This document shows positions 25,901 to 36,100 of a DNA stretch of 64,000 nucleotides, piece by piece. The notes under the pieces were generated by a model, which worked only from the letters and a program-made list of their open reading frames with translations, made no database searches and was not told the origin of the DNA. The DNA lies in the NCBI GenBank assembly GCA_951406725.2, contig OX597832.1:2480001-2544000 (forward strand). The letters run 5' to 3'. Within the stretch, counting starts at the first letter, position 1, and the number at the start of each line of letters is the position of its first letter. Origin of the DNA: Octopus vulgaris (taxonomy: Eukaryota). The position numbers were made by a program, and so were the translations under genes.

Positions 25901-28900
25901 TGGCAGATAGTAGTTGTATTGTAGAGATACATCGGCAGCAAGAAAAAGTAGATATAAACAACAACTGGACTGAAATTAAATGAAATGAAATGAGTTTTGT
26001 TACTAAAAATTGTAGCGATGATGATGGTGGTGGTGTGTTGATAGTGAAAAGTATTTTTTTCATTGAACGAGGAGGTGGAGTGAGAGAGAGAGCAGATAGC
26101 CAGCCAATGAATTACGCTGTCACTCATGTGGTTAGTGGAAGTGAGAGGTGGCGAGAAAGAGAGAAATGTTACAGAAATGAAGAGGATAATTTCAGGGTTA
26201 AAAAGTTCGTTGAAGAGGTAGAAAGAGAGAAATATAAAGTGCTTAGCAGAGGGAAATTTTAAAATCATATAATACATTATTGTAACTGGAAGTGAAATAA
26301 CTTAGCAAAATAAAAATCATTCTTCCTTTCTTAAATAGCTTCTCTTAATCTTTTTTGTTCTGTGGAATTTCCATGGGTCCCATTAGTAAATATAGTCCAA
26401 TGGTGAGATATTTAAGAAAGAATATTCGAAGGTTTCCACACATCTGAAGTTTATAATGAGGAATAATATTGGTTATATCAGAAGTACACTTTCTCTTTGC
26501 CTTTTTCTGATCATGCTTCTACAGAAGCCTTGCATCCAATATAGATATTTGCTCTTGCTGATCTCCAATTTACATTTTCCCTTTAAATCCATTTCAAATC
26601 CATCTTCTTAATACTGCCAGTCTTCTAGACCTAAACTCCAAGTTGGAAATAGTAACAAGAGCAAAAATATATTCTTAGATGTTGATTGAAGTCATCCTAA
26701 CATTCCCACCTTTGTACTTACTCAATGCAATGAAAGCCTGTCAGCTCTACACATTAGCGTCAGGTACACAAAACATCAAATGGCATTTTATGTGCTACTT
26801 CTCATAAAAGCCAGACCCTTCGTATTTTCTCAGGACTATTGACCAATGTCTCTCTTTGTATCTCATACAATCCCTTATGTTTAGGTCCCATAATGAGCAA
26901 GAAAGATAAGTTGAGAAGTTAAGAGTAGTAGGCAGAGATTGTATATGAATAGGTCCAATGCCATCTCTTGTTAAACAGCTAGTGTGAATGACAGTGAAAT
27001 AAATGAGTGGGTGTCAAAGAAACAGCAGATATATCGCATTTTTCAATGCTCAATTTGCCAAACTTGCATAGGTGGTCTTTCACCAATTGTGAGATGCAAC
27101 ATTTTGAGATCTGTCTCTACAGCTTCATCCCAAGTTTTTCTTGGGCTCTCTTTTTACATAAGTTTAATTCACATATAGTATGTGGCACTTTATACAGCTA
27201 TCATCCTCCATTACATCACATTGTTGGTATCAATATAGTCATCTGTCTTGTAAATTTGTACCCAATTTTTCTCTGAGCTCAGTTGCTCCATTGCTTGTGT
27301 ACACTAATATTACACATTCAATGAAACATGTTATGCCATTTCATTTCTTCCTGTTTGTTTTTTTTAATACAAATCATCTGCTTTCAAGGCTCACATCCTG
27401 ATATGCATCATCACAATTTTGTACTTCATACAATCTATCTTTTACTCTAAAAGAGAAGCTCTTGGAAGCTTTTTTTCCAGACCCATTGTTATTTCTGTTT
27501 TCAGAGCACTTTTCCCTCATTGCTATTTAGGTCACCTAGATAACAAAAGCTATCAACTAGTTACAGAGATCCTTTCAAGCATCTGATAGAATATCTTCAT
27601 ATGAGGCAGGTGCAGACAATAAGTACTAAGTCTATGCTGTTAACCTACTTGTGATCCCACCATACAGCTTGTATCCATAGTTTACACTGGGTACACAATA
27701 TTTAAAGTACCCAGATGTTTATCTAAACTCCAAGTTGGAAATACTGGGTCAGTGCATTCCAACCTCTTTGTGTCCTTGATGGCCGTTAGGTCCTATTTTC
27801 TCTCCTACTTACTAATATTTTAGCCTTTGCTAAGTTTAATTCAAGGTTTTTGAACTGTTTTTATATCTGAATTTCTTGTCTAGTTCTACTACAGATTTAC
27901 AGATAAGAACTAGATCATCAGTATATGAGTGTCTGTGGACAGCTGATCTTAAACTCCTCTGTTATACCTTGAGAGGACTTCATTGAATAGAAGGGAGCTG
28001 AGGATTGTGCCATAAATTTAGCACCAATGCTAAATTCATTCTGACAAATTGATGTTTCATTTTGTGTCAACTGGAAAATGATTTTTATTTCTATATTGAA
28101 TAGTATTTATGCTTTGCTTTTATGTTTTCTTTAAAAAAAGCTATGCTATTATCATAATTGCCAGGCTCCAACTAACTCCCAAACTACAGAACAAGAAAAA
28201 GGTGCTGCACCAGAACTTGCTGACATCAGCCCACTGCCAGTTGAAAATCAAGAAACTGAAGGTATTTAATCTTTTATTATTATTATTCAGTTCAAATTCC
28301 GCTGAGTTTGACGATGCCTTTCATCTTTTCAGGGTTGATAAATAGTGAAACAGTGAGGTTGATGTAATCGACTAGTCCCCTCCCCCATAATTTCAGGTCT
28401 TGTGCCTTTAGTAGAAAGGATTATTATTATTGACACTGGGTTAGCAGAATTGTTAGATAATGCCTTGCAGTATTTGTTTTGGCTCTTTACATTCTGAATT
28501 CAAATCCCCTCCAAGCCTTTCATCCGTCTGGGGTTAACAAAATAAAGTACCAGTCAAATACTGTAGTTGATGTAAACCCTCTCCCCACAGATGTGTTTGT
28601 GCCTAAGTTAAAAACAATTTTTATTTATATATAAGCTACATGTGGAGATGCATGGCTTAGTGATTAGGGTGTTGGATTCATGATCATAAGATTGTGAAAG
28701 CTACATTAATATAAAAAAAAAAGAAAATGTTCTGGATGAATCTGAAAGTATAAGTACTTGCTTGATTTATTGAAACAACTGTTTCTAGGTATTGCCTGTC
28801 CCAAAAGTTTAGAATTGATTTGATTTGTTTGTTCAAATTGCAGTTGCTATCTGAAGTATGAACTAGAGTGAAAAAAACAGGAATACATTTCCTTTAGAGT

Positions 28901-31900
28901 GAACTCCATGTGAGTTGAATTTAGTTAGTGTTCCCTCTCTCCCTTTGTGGAAACCTTCAGGTGTGTATTTATGCTTGCACCTGTCTGAAAACTGTTGTTT
29001 TATGTGTCCCATAATTTTAGTGGTTCAACAAATAAAGATTGATAAAATAAGTACCAGTCAGAAAGCTATACTGAGAACCACCTTGAATCTGGTGCCTCAG
29101 TTGCAGTCCAATGACTGAAACAAGTTAAAGTAGAATTTGTCACCCAGTCATTTCAAATAAATGACAAAATACATTTAGTTCTAATTTTTAAAATTTTCAT
29201 TGAATTAAGCTGATTCTGTCTTCAATCTGAAATAGTGTTTAATTCTTAATGAATATACATAAACATTTTCTCATTTGCATTACTGCACATTGTCATGAAA
29301 GGCCTTGAATTCATGACTATGTTGCTGAAAAAAAAATAAAAGCTTCTAGTTCCTACATATTGTTACGCCGCCACGCAAGCCCTAGGCCTTCCTTTGCCAC
29401 CACATGGCCCTCACGCCGGGAACAGCCTGCTTGCGATGGTGCTCATTAAACCGGAAATCCACCACGGGAAGGTGGCGAACGCAGCCAGGAACCAACACAA
29501 CAACAAAAGAAGAGACACACGGGCGGAAGTTACGTAATTCAAACAATTTTTTTCATAACAAAACCAAAGCCTTCACAACAAAGGTTAACAACATAATGCA
29601 GAGTTCGGAGAACAAATCATTTAACATTTGACACAATACAGTTCGATTTTTCAAGACAAATCATTTTTTACATTTAACACAAAGTTCACAATCAACAGTT
29701 TCTTAGAGCTTCACTTTCCTCTTTTTTTCTTTAACACGACATTTCTCAAAAAGGTCCCTTCTTTTAAAAAACATTTCCAAGTTCTTTTTTCTCTTTTCTT
29801 TTCTTTTAAAAACACCCAACAACATGCTCTTTTTTCTTTTCAACGGTTACGTCAGAGCCTCTCTCTTTTTTTCATTTCAACGGCACATCGTCTCTTTTCT
29901 TATTATTTTTTTTTTTTACATTTAAGCAAACAACGTTTTTCTTTTTTCATTTAAACATCAGAAAACAATATTACCAGAACATTTGTTTCTTAACTTCACA
30001 AACTCCCACTATAACAACTTGCCTGCCACTCGTCATCTCTGTTTCTACCGTCTCTCGTCCCTGCCATCTCCAACTGCGCCTGTCTGTCTCTGGCCGTCAT
30101 CATCTCCAACTCACTCCCTGGTCCCGGTCTCCGCTCAAACTGACCCTCTCTCACCGACTGACTCTTCAACCTAATGCTCTCCGTATTTATAACGGGTAGC
30201 AGCTAGAAGAAGAGAAATATCGATGACAGCAATGTGTAGATCCCTCTCCCAACATTTTTATTTTTTAAAAAACTTTCCGTGAATATGCGGGGGCCATAGG
30301 TCATTGCCTAGGACCATTAATAATCATGCTTTTTGACAGGACAAAGGAAATACCATTGTCCTGAACAACTGGAGCGCCGGTTCGATTCCAACTAATGGAA
30401 CAAGGGGCATAATGTTTTTATGTTTGTTTACATTTTCCTTGCGTCCATAACAATATATTTGATGGTTAACTTTACAGAATGTTAACTGGAGACTGGGACC
30501 AGGGAGTGAGTTGGAGATGTTGAATTTCTGCATGAATATGAATTACTTTGAATTGAAAAATGGTTGTAAAATGCTTTTCTAAAAAGTTAACTGGTATTGA
30601 ATATAGTGTAAATTTTACTGCTTTCTCTTTGTCTCTCACACTAATTTACTATCATATATACATGTTAATATTACAATAAATTTTCACTTCCATGTAGTAA
30701 CCATTTTGCTTTATTCATAGCTTTGAATTTGGTGGAATTCTGAATTTGTGGCCACATGGCCCACTGCATTGTTTGCCATTCCACATCCTTCAACAGGAAT
30801 GTTATAAAAACCAAGTGTTTCAAGACAAAATTTGAAGTTGAGCATTTGTAGTTCATAAGCACCAAGTATAGACTTTAATGTGAATAAGTTTTGTATTTTA
30901 CATATGCATATAGGCGCAGGAGTGGCTGTGTGGTAAGTAGCTTGCTTACCAACCACATGGTTCCGGGTTCAGTCCCACTGCGTGGCATCTTGGGCAAGTG
31001 TCTTCTGCTATAGCCTCGGGCCGACCAATGCCTTGTGAGTGGATTTGGTAGATGGAAACTGAAAGAAGCCTGTCGAATATATGTATATATATGTATGTGT
31101 GTGTACATGTTTGTGTGTCTGTGTTTGTCCCCCCACCATCGCTTGACAACCGATGCTGGTGTTTATGTCCCCGTCACTTAGCGGTTTGGCAAAAAGAGAT
31201 CGATAGAATAAGTACTGGGCTTACAAAGAATAAGTCCCGGGGTTGATATGCTCGACTAAAGGCGGTGCTCCAGCATGGCTGCATTCAAATGACTGAAACA
31301 AGTAAAAGAGTAAATATTGCCTCATCTTGAAATTTAAACTGTTACTGATATACCACAAATCTTATGCTGACAGCTACTGATTAAACACTAGTTTTGCCTT
31401 TGTCAGTATTTACACAAAGAAGATAATGTGTATTAGTTCATTTCTTTATACCAGTTTACAATTTTGACTTATTTTTAAACAGTACTATAGATCTGTCATT
31501 ATCCAGAATATTTCTTTTAGCAAAATTAAAGTTTTGATTCTGGAGTTATTCTTGTCTTTTCTCATCTTATTTTCATACATTATCCTATTACAATTGCTCT
31601 TCTTCATTCCAGTTAGAATTTATTACAAAATAGTTTAATCAGATTTTAATGATATTTTACTTGATGCAAAAGCACCCCCCCCTTTTTTTTTGCTTGTTTC
31701 CTTCTTTAGGGCTAATAATATAGAAAAATTATTGGAATCACTCGAAACCCTGAATTTGATTTGCAAGACTGTTTTTCAAATGTGAATAAGCATAATTAAT
31801 TGGTGGAATATTAGAAAACTAGATAAGGAAAGAAAGTGCTCAAAAATTATATGCTGGATTATAATACAGCAAACTCTTTTAAATGTAATGTCGTTTAAGG

Positions 31901-32303
31901 TGAAGCAGCCACATTCCAGATATCGATGGTTGGAGAAGATTTTTCTGGCAATAACAATGATATGGAAGCAGCCAACACTACTTATAATAGAGGACTGATG
32001 TCGAAACTTTTGGACCAAGTTGTCACTCAGACTAAAGGCTATACTGTGGAACGTTTAGAGAAACTTTACAGTGTATTCAGTCAATGCATTTATCAGCAAA
32101 GGAACAATCCTGACAAAGTTGATCTCTGTGTTGTAAGTAGTTTTAAATTAAATATACATTTATTAACTAAGCAAAAAATAAATTTCATTAAAATTGTAAA
32201 ACTACAATTTTTTTTTTTTCCTTTTTAGAATATGGAACAAAAACTGGTGCAATACACATCCCAACACCGTGCCCGTGTCCGGCCCTCTATAAATATCACT
32301 TGA
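1647..32303 (+). CDS. ATAD2: ATPase family AAA domain-containing protein 2 (ATAD2/ATAD2B-like), 3' part: 12 coding exons, 5' exons outside window
   Basis: Exons 1647-1961, 3336-3489, 3699-3885, 7108-7293, 7389-7524, 9378-9571, 9948-10107, 15779-15901, 22280-23217, 28165-28261, 31900-32132 and 32229-32303 join in frame with AG/GT (one GC) boundaries. Motifs: GYCGADIKALCTEAA, YRPRLL..G..GQGQS.HLAPA, bromodomain VPDYYDIVKEPMDL...NALEYN, C-terminal TVERLEKLYS. Confidence 0.95.
3336..3489 (+). CDS. ATAD2: ATAD2 exon: linker (GSCEKSAKVDEATDYWLEDEGPCIYE...)
   Basis: tttag acceptor, gtaatg donor; open frame, phases 1 and 2 fit the neighbouring exons. Confidence 0.85.
3699..3885 (+). CDS. ATAD2: ATAD2 exon: AAA2 with degenerate Walker A (YRPRLLFAGKIGQGQSVHLAPA)
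   Basis: tcgtag acceptor, CAG/gtttgt donor; family motif. Confidence 0.95.
4888..6070 (-). mobile_element. Decayed mariner (Tc1/mariner) transposon
   Basis: Terminal inverted repeats around GCTGAAAAGTTCATAGGCTG; transposase remnants STVQKWEAEFKR and HPLYSSGLTPHDYHQFPNMKKHL (YSPDLAP.D motif); same family as 38672-39824. Confidence 0.88.
7108..7293 (+). CDS. ATAD2: ATAD2 exon: AAA2 (IFCEAKRTSPSILYFPHI...PILLLATS)
   Basis: aacag acceptor, gtgagt donor; family motif. Confidence 0.95.
7389..7524 (+). CDS. ATAD2: ATAD2 exon (LKELF...PTEQERREFFSDLLLNQA)
   Basis: tttcag acceptor, gtatgt donor. Confidence 0.93.
7685..8808 (+). mobile_element. Putative non-autonomous Helitron
   Basis: 5' a|TC...TATATAAA followed by (CTGT)n; 3' GC-rich hairpin CCCGGGCAACGCCGGG (8781-8796) just before a CTTG|t end (CTAG-like); no TSD; richer in CpG than the flanks. 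Confidence 0.7.
9378..9571 (+). CDS. ATAD2: ATAD2 exon: start of bromodomain (EELPRAPPP...EEATLRELRLFLRD...FMRPVD)
   Basis: tttcag acceptor, gtaagt donor; family motif. Confidence 0.95.
9948..10107 (+). CDS. ATAD2: ATAD2 exon: bromodomain core (VPDYYDIVKEPMDL...FLDDIDLIWRNALEYNPD)
   Basis: tatag acceptor, gtgggt donor; the conserved acetyl-lysine-binding Asn (YN) is present. Confidence 0.96.
10880..13298 (-). mobile_element. 5'-truncated, frameshifted CR1/L2-group LINE (APE C-terminus plus reverse transcriptase)
   Basis: ORF pieces NILDLCFTNN..SDHNII (APE), NYRPISLT..QHGF..GRSCL, DVIYLDFAKAFDKVDH, GVPQ.TVLGP, YADD. Confidence 0.93.
13297..13445. repeat. ~29-bp minisatellite (TGTTGGTATGTATATATATGTATATATAT) x5
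   Basis: Direct reading of tandem units. Confidence 0.9.
13510..14757 (+). mobile_element. RTE-clade LINE 3' fragment (RT C-terminus with Cys-rich insert, plus 3' UTR)
   Basis: [41 protein letters not shown]; frameshifted; closely similar to 59625-60411. Confidence 0.92.
14758..15085 (+). mobile_element. tRNA-derived SINE, decayed (same family as 30913-31313)
   Basis: tagctgtgtggtaag...caaccacatggttcc...gagtggatttgg homology. Confidence 0.8.
15779..15901 (+). CDS. ATAD2: ATAD2 exon: end of bromodomain (KAIRHRVCALKD...SRKRRG), GC donor
   Basis: ctag acceptor; IRHRxCAL motif; the only phase-compatible donor before the stop is AG/GCAAGT. Confidence 0.9.
16476..17726 (-). mobile_element. Near full-length decayed mariner transposon (second family)
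   Basis: TIRs ttaggtcatcccataaataatg / cattatctatgggttaactcaa flanked by TA; transposase remnants MVPHKL, EKWVLYKN, LLSVWW, HQDN..SH. Confidence 0.9.
18368..18918 (-). mobile_element. Internally deleted RTE LINE fragment
   Basis: Reverse complement matches the RTE tail (476-667) and the RT region (LYADD...LEEKFQVWKQGLESKGL). Confidence 0.8.
18920..19368 (+). mobile_element. Mariner transposase 3' fragment
   Basis: PHSAYSLNLAPLDYHLLQSMAHFL (YSPDLAP.DYHLF motif). Confidence 0.8.
21702..21905. mobile_element. Mariner-type MITE
   Basis: Imperfect TIRs gggtacagtaaagttcctggcttt / aaagctaggaactttgcagcaccc, TA on both sides. Confidence 0.7.
22280..23217 (+). CDS. ATAD2: ATAD2 large exon: Ser/Thr-rich disordered linker
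   Basis: tttag acceptor, gtaagt donor, 938 nt open frame, phases fit. Confidence 0.85.
27050..28015 (-). mobile_element. Highly decayed RTE-like LINE fragments
   Basis: Minus strand shows remnants of EEFK...LIYTDDLVLI and YLGDL. Confidence 0.5.
28165..28261 (+). CDS. ATAD2: ATAD2 small linker exon (APTNSQTTEQEKGAAPELADISPLPVENQETE)
   Basis: ccag acceptor, G/gtattt donor; supplies the phase 0 to phase 1 shift needed between the flanking exons. Confidence 0.7.
28280..28615 (+). mobile_element. Two decayed SINE copies (family of 62344-62560)
   Basis: ttcaaattccgc...gcctttcatc...ggggttgataaa...gatgtaatcgact motif, present twice. Confidence 0.6.
29361..30452 (-). mobile_element. Solo LTR of an LTR retrotransposon (Gypsy-like)
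   Basis: TGTTA...TAACA termini, ATAT target duplication at 29357-29360 and 30453-30456, TATAAATA on the minus strand at about 30184-30191, CpG retained. Confidence 0.85.
30913..31313 (+). mobile_element. Full-length tRNA-derived SINE
   Basis: A box TGGCTGTGTGG, B-box-like GGTTCAGTCCC, CORE-like CTTGGGCAAGT, internal (TG)n, 3' end GGTGCTCCAGCATGGC...GACTGAAACAAGTAAAAGA. Confidence 0.9.
31900..32132 (+). CDS. ATAD2: ATAD2 exon: C-terminal domain (LLDQVVTQTKGYTVERLEKLYSVFSQCIY)
   Basis: aag acceptor, gtaagt donor; conserved ATAD2 C-terminal helical motif. Confidence 0.9.
32229..32303 (+). CDS. ATAD2: ATAD2 terminal coding exon (NMEQKLVQYTSQHRARVRPSINIT*)
   Basis: Long poly-T tract plus ag acceptor, TGA at 32301-32303, AATAAA at 32356. 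Confidence 0.85.
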   Translation, partial: NMEQKLVQYTSQHRARVRPSINIT

Positions 32304-33127
32304 ATTATCAAAGTTTTACTCTGCAGGGTTGAAAAATTGTCTTTTTTTTTTTCTAAATAAAAGTTGGGTAGGGTTTTACATTAAGATACCATTCATCAAC
32401 CCACACACACTTTTTTTTTTCCTGTCTGTCTATTAAAACTGAAAATCTCCCAAATTTATAAAGTAAGGTAAATGTATTTCTAATTTGATCTCACCACTAT
32501 TTATTTTCTCTTGATAAAACTGAAGAGGCTGCTGCTGTGATGAGAACTCCATTATTCACAGCCCTTGAGCACATGTCACAACGGTTTTATGGAGCTAGAA
32601 CTGCCAAGGAAACTGTTTACTATTGGAAAAATTTTTTAAAAATAAAAGAAAAAATACCCTCCCTTGTTCCTATTAATACCTGAGAGTACTCTTCAAACTG
32701 TCAACATTTGTTCTTTACTTTTTCATTTCTTTTTATTGAAAGAAAAAAAAAAATCATCTTAATTTGTAAGGAAAAAAAAATAAAATCCCTACAAATCATT
32801 TGTTTTTCATAAATTTTCAAGAGTACTTTCATTTACTTTTAAAGCTCATGGATCACTTTCATAACATTGAACATGGGATAGTTGGTTGAGGGAACTGAAC
32901 TTACCCCCTTTTTTTGCAGTGATGTTTGTATAACCATTTCCATAGAGAAGAGTGAAGTTTCTGTTTTATATCCATTGTTTATGGTGCATAAATAAGAGTT
33001 CCATAAATGTAAATTTTACAAAATGCTGGATGTTGTTAAAAAAAAAATTTCTTCAAACTCTTAAGTTTAAAAATATTTATTGCAATGAAATTTTACATTT
33101 TGTAGACCAGCATATGTATAGTGGAAT

Positions 33128-33166
33128 TCATTTAACTGGATATGCTTCAACAATCATGCCATGGCC
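33128..33166 (-). CDS. HADHB: HADHB terminal exon ([12 protein letters not shown])
   Basis: tttacag acceptor, TGA; AATAAA on the minus strand at 33076-33081. Confidence 0.95.
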   Translation of the reverse strand, partial: GHGMIVEAYPVK

Positions 33167-36100
33167 CTGTAAAAGAAAGAAAGAAAGAAAAAAAAAAAAA
33201 AGTGGTACTATGCCTTGTTCTATTTTACTGTAAATATGACATCTTTAAAATACTAAAATGTAACTTACAATGCCTCCAGCTGCACATGCTGCCACAAGCC
33301 CATACTGCCCACCTTCTTTGTGTAAACGATTGGCTGCTGTAGTAACTAATCGCACTCCAGTTGCACCAAATGGGTGACCAATAGATAAAGAACCTCCCCA
33401 CAGGTTAAATTTTGAAAGATCAGGAGTTCCAACCTAATAGAAGAAAAAATAACATTAATAGTAAGAAATCAGTTGTATGTTTGTAAATAAAACAAACAAC
33501 CAAAAAATATTCTTACTTTTGAACTGCGTCCCATATAGGTTTTGGCAAACCAGTCAGAATCCATTGCCTTAAGATTGGCCAGGATTTGTCCCTGTGGAGA
33601 GCAAAATAAATTTTTAGTTTTCTCATACCAAAATATTCACAAATCATTTTATAATTTTTGTCTATAATAAAGAGAGAAAAAAATTTCCAAGAACTTACTG
33701 CAAAGGCTTCATGATATTCAAATACACTGATATCACTTAATTGGAGACCTGCTTTCTCAAGGACTTTAGGTGTTGCATATGCTGGACTACAAGATAATTA
33801 TTATTCATTTTAGACACTGCCACAAAAATACTTCCAGTTTTGAAATATTTAAAGTTTTTTTTTCCCTTTTTAAAATTTTAATAAACTCTTCATTTCACTC
33901 ATCAATCCATGTAGATTTAAAGAATTCATATCCCTAACAAGTCAGGGAAGGTGCAGTTTGAAGCACCAGTTAAGACAAATTGAATTTTAAATGAAAAATT
34001 TAGAGCTCATAATTAGAGCTGAGAGTTTCAATATGAATCAGACCTACCTCAGCAAACTCATCTTATTGTGTAAAAATGCAAGCATGTTTCAAACTAGACT
34101 TTTTAAAATTTTATTCGATGATTTTTGTTTATTTATTTTTTTTTTGTAAGAAAATAAATTAATTTCTTCAAATCACTTTCTCCTTGATGACTTAAAGCTT
34201 TATACATGTATATTTATAGATAGGTTTCACTTACCCTAGCAGAAGTTGATCTTTAGGATCCTGAGAGACATAGACAAAATCTCGTAGGTATGCTTTGGGT
34301 TTGAAGCCCATGGCTAAGGCCTTTTCTTCTGACATCAAAAGGCAAGCTGAAGCACCATCAGTCTGAAAATATTAACTGCATAAGTTACACCATTTCTTCA
34401 AATTGAAATCTGTATACAATTTAGCTTAAAATAACTCAAAACATTGAGATGTCTGTTTTCATATCAACATAAATTAGGCCTGTATATTTTGCGTTTAGTA
34501 CTAACTTTTTTTTTTCAGCTTTAATTATTTTACAAGTTTGTTATAGTTTAATTTTGCACTCATTATAAAATACCAACTAGTAACTTTTACCTCGTAACAC
34601 TTTTCTCAGTCTTTCATTATAATTAAGATTCATTCAGATTTTCCTTGTCAACCTTGGAATTTACTCAGATTGGTCTTTACATATATGTAAAGTATAGTTA
34701 TATTCTGTTTTATACATAAGTGACTTAATTGTGCTTGAGAGGAAACCAAGTCTAGAATGTGAATTTTTTTTTCTTATTGGGATTAGACCAAAGAGTCTAA
34801 GGTAGGAAGAAAAACTCCACACTAATGTACTTTTTCTGAAATCAACTGACACTGGTAAATCATGTAATAAGAATAAGCATATAATAGGCTACAACTGTTT
34901 AAACTAATTAAAAATTGTCCAGGCAGTTGATTAACTGATCGAAGCTGTTGATGGTTTTTGTTTCTACATTGATATTTCTTGTTTAATGTGAACTTCCTAG
35001 CACAGTAATGCTTTTTTTTTTTAAAAGCTTTCCATAAGAACACATAGTTAAAGAATTTCTCAAACATTCTAGGTATCTTTACAAAATAAAATATTTAAAG
35101 GATTTATGAAAATTTGAGGCTCAGTGAGATTTTGCATTTGAGTAACCTTTAGTCAGCTCTATGCAGATTAGTGGTGCCTGTGTGGCACATGATTGATATG
35201 CTAGCCATTCATTTCAGTTATTACAGGCTATTATTTAAGACTTTTGACATTTAGCTTTATTCTAAAAGCAGATTGGTTAAATAAAAAATATTTAAGAGGA
35301 TGAAATTCAGTCCTAGATATTAAAAGCTCTTAATATAGGTGTTCTTTGGCGGACTTGTGTATACCAGGTGGTATACCAAAGCAATTGCAATCTTGGGTGA
35401 TCATCTCAGTTTTTAAAAAGGGAGACACGAGAACACATGATTTATAGAATCTCTTTGATGAGCCTCCTCAGTATAGTCTATACTAGGTGTCTGGGAAAGA
35501 GATATAGGGAAAATGTAGAGCTCAAGCTAGCTGAAAAACAGTCTGGTTCCCATACTGGATGCTGCACAATATTCTATAGTAGATGTCTGAGAAATTGTGG
35601 GAACATTGTCATGAAGTGTAGGCTTGCTTTGTAAACCTCATAAATGCATATGACCACATGCCATGAGGCATGCTGTAGAGGTTTTGCAGGAGTTTGGGAT
35701 TAATGAGCAACTTCTGATTGTTGTGAAGTCCTGAATGCTCAGATGTTTGCATACGTATAAATGATGCTGGGTCAAAACTTTTTGACATGGGTGTTGGACT
35801 TTGGCAAGAGTACGAATTGTCACCTATTTTTATGAACTGGATTGATATTTGCAAAAGACCTGGTGTTGTTTGGTTCAACAGAAAGTGATCTCCAGCATGC
35901 CCTGAATAGGTTTGTTGTCAAGTGTGGTAAAACAGGGATGAGAATTAGTGTTGATAAGACAGATATCAGTCCTCTCTAAAAGAGGCTCCCAGTGCATCCT
36001 ATATGTTAGTGGAGGAGTTGAAGTATCTCAGGGCCATATTCATGGGTGGTGGGAAGCAGGAGGCTGAACTGGATGCTAAAATTGCAGGTGCCATCATAGT

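Noticed and set aside
30478-30520. Extra ATAD2 exon after tttacag with a gtgagt donor
   Set aside because: In the required phase it hits TAA in the third codon, and exons 28165-28261 and 31900-32132 already join in frame
30913-30985. tRNA gene
   Set aside because: A and B boxes are present, but they belong to a multi-copy SINE head and no complete cloverleaf forms
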